This document shows positions 63,014 through 64,000 of a stretch of DNA of 64,000 nucleotides, in pieces; the stretch's first letter is position 1, and every line of letters starts with the position of its first letter. This stretch comes from an uncultured delta proteobacterium (GTDB lineage Bacteria > Myxococcota_A > Polyangia > Polyangiales > Polyangiaceae): assembly GCA_963782055.1 (NCBI GenBank), contig CAWAIF010000002.1, forward strand, positions 224,001 to 288,000, read 5' to 3'. The position numbers and the translations under genes are program-made. The notes below the pieces were generated by a model. That model was not told the DNA's origin. It saw only the letters and a list, made by a program, of their open reading frames with translations, and searched no databases.

Positions 63014-64000
63014 TCACTTCACCTCGGTCTTGGTGACGGCGTCGCCTTCACGCAGGTCCGCCTCGGGGGAGACCACGACGAGGTCCGCCGGCGTGATGCC
63101 GTCGCGGACGATCCACGAGCCGTCGGGGGCCACGCTGCCCGTCACGTGGACGAAGTGCGCCTTGCCGCCCTGGACGACGACCAGCTCGTCCTGCGAGCCG
63201 GGTCGCCGCGCGGTGCCGGGGATGCGCAGCGCCGGGACGTCCTTCTCGCCGTCGATGGTCGCGCGCACGAAGCTCCAGGCGAGGAGGGGGTCCTTCGGGT
63301 CGTTGGGGACCTCGATCTCGATGGGCGCGCGCCGCGTGGCCTGATCGAGCGAGGGGACGACGACGCTCACCCTCCCGGTGATCCACCGGTCGCGGTAGGC
63401 GATCTTCGCCGTCTCGCCGGGCTTGACCAGGTCCGCCACCTCCTCGCCGACGGTGGCGCTCAGGCGGAAGCGGGAGTGGTCCTCCAGATGAACCAGGGCG
63501 ACGCCCGGCGCGACCACGCCACCGGCGGCGGTGGGCGCCTTGGTGACCAGCCCGGCGAAGGGCGCGGCGATGGACCGCTGCCCGGCACCCGTGCGCGCCA
63601 GCCGCTCCGCGGCGCGGGCGCCGTCGAGCTGCGCGCGAGCCAGCGCGACCTGCTGCTCCGCCTGGACGGCCTGCGCCTCCGGGATGGACTTGCTCGCGGC
63701 GAGCGCCTGGGTGCGCTTCATGTTGTCCTCGGCGAGCGCGAGGTTCGCCTCGGCGGCCTTCGTCTGCGCCTCCGCCTGGTTGACCTGGGCGCCGGCGATG
63801 GAGGTGTCGAGGTACGCGAGCGGTTGCCCGTCCTTCACGTCGTCGCCCACCGAGACCAGGATGCGGGCCAGCCGGCCGCCTTGCTCGAAGCCGATGTCCG
63901 CGGAGCGCCACGGCTTGATGGTGCCGGTGATCTCCACGCGGGGCCGCCACGTCGTCGCCACGGCGTGCGTCACCGCGACCGGCGGCCGCAGCGTGGCGGA
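63014..64000 (-). CDS. RND periplasmic adaptor (membrane fusion protein); 5' end outside window
   Basis: Lipoyl-like GRL..I.V..GD.VK.GQPL, coiled hairpin, IAAPFAG; directly upstream of the RND permease. Confidence 0.9.
   Translation of the reverse strand, partial: SATLRPPVAVTHAVATTWRPRVEITGTIKPWRSADIGFEQGGRLARILVSVGDDVKDGQPLAYLDTSIAGAQVNQAEAQTKAAEANLALAEDNMKRTQALAASKSIPEAQAVQAEQQVALARAQLDGARAAERLARTGAGQRSIAAPFAGLVTKAPTAAGGVVAPGVALVHLEDHSRFRLSATVGEEVADLVKPGETAKIAYRDRWITGRVSVVVPSLDQATRRAPIEIEVPNDPKDPLLAWSFVRATIDGEKDVPALRIPGTARRPGSQDELVVVQGGKAHFVHVTGSVAPDGSWIVRDGITPADLVVVSPEADLREGDAVTKTEVK

Overview
Very GC-rich bacterial chromosomal window, most consistent with a myxobacterium (Polyangiales-like). 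This is inferred from five Hanks-type Ser/Thr kinases, a bacNOP-like bactofilin trio, an MglA-family GTPase and many Cys-rich or DAG-linker lipoproteins. It holds about 57 protein genes plus tRNA-Leu(TAG). Recognisable genes: uvrD/pcrA, galE, pyrE, a PSRP/PDRP regulator, thiolase, purC-purS, egtB-egtD, a MurL-like ATP-dependent epimerase, cueR-copA with a MerR-type promoter, an NtrC-like regulator, GH35, an AmgK-like kinase, rsmG (frameshifted), a PHP tyrosine phosphatase and an RND pump. No CRISPR array, rRNA, integrase or transposase was seen. Main leads: (1) a small palindromic repeat whose three intergenic copies all abut a TGA stop, with a fourth copy in-frame inside egtB; (2) a cluster of three GT-C-like membrane proteins with a GtrB-like GT2 and GalE; (3) a MurL-like gene head-to-head with egtBD and without murD2; (4) an orphan SctL/FliH-like gene coupled to a site-2 protease; (5) many apparently leaderless promoters; (6) a kinase-TPR-lipoprotein trans-envelope triad and a kinase fused to an H-NOX/V4R-like domain. 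All assignments come from motif recognition by eye; no searches were run and start codons are best estimates.
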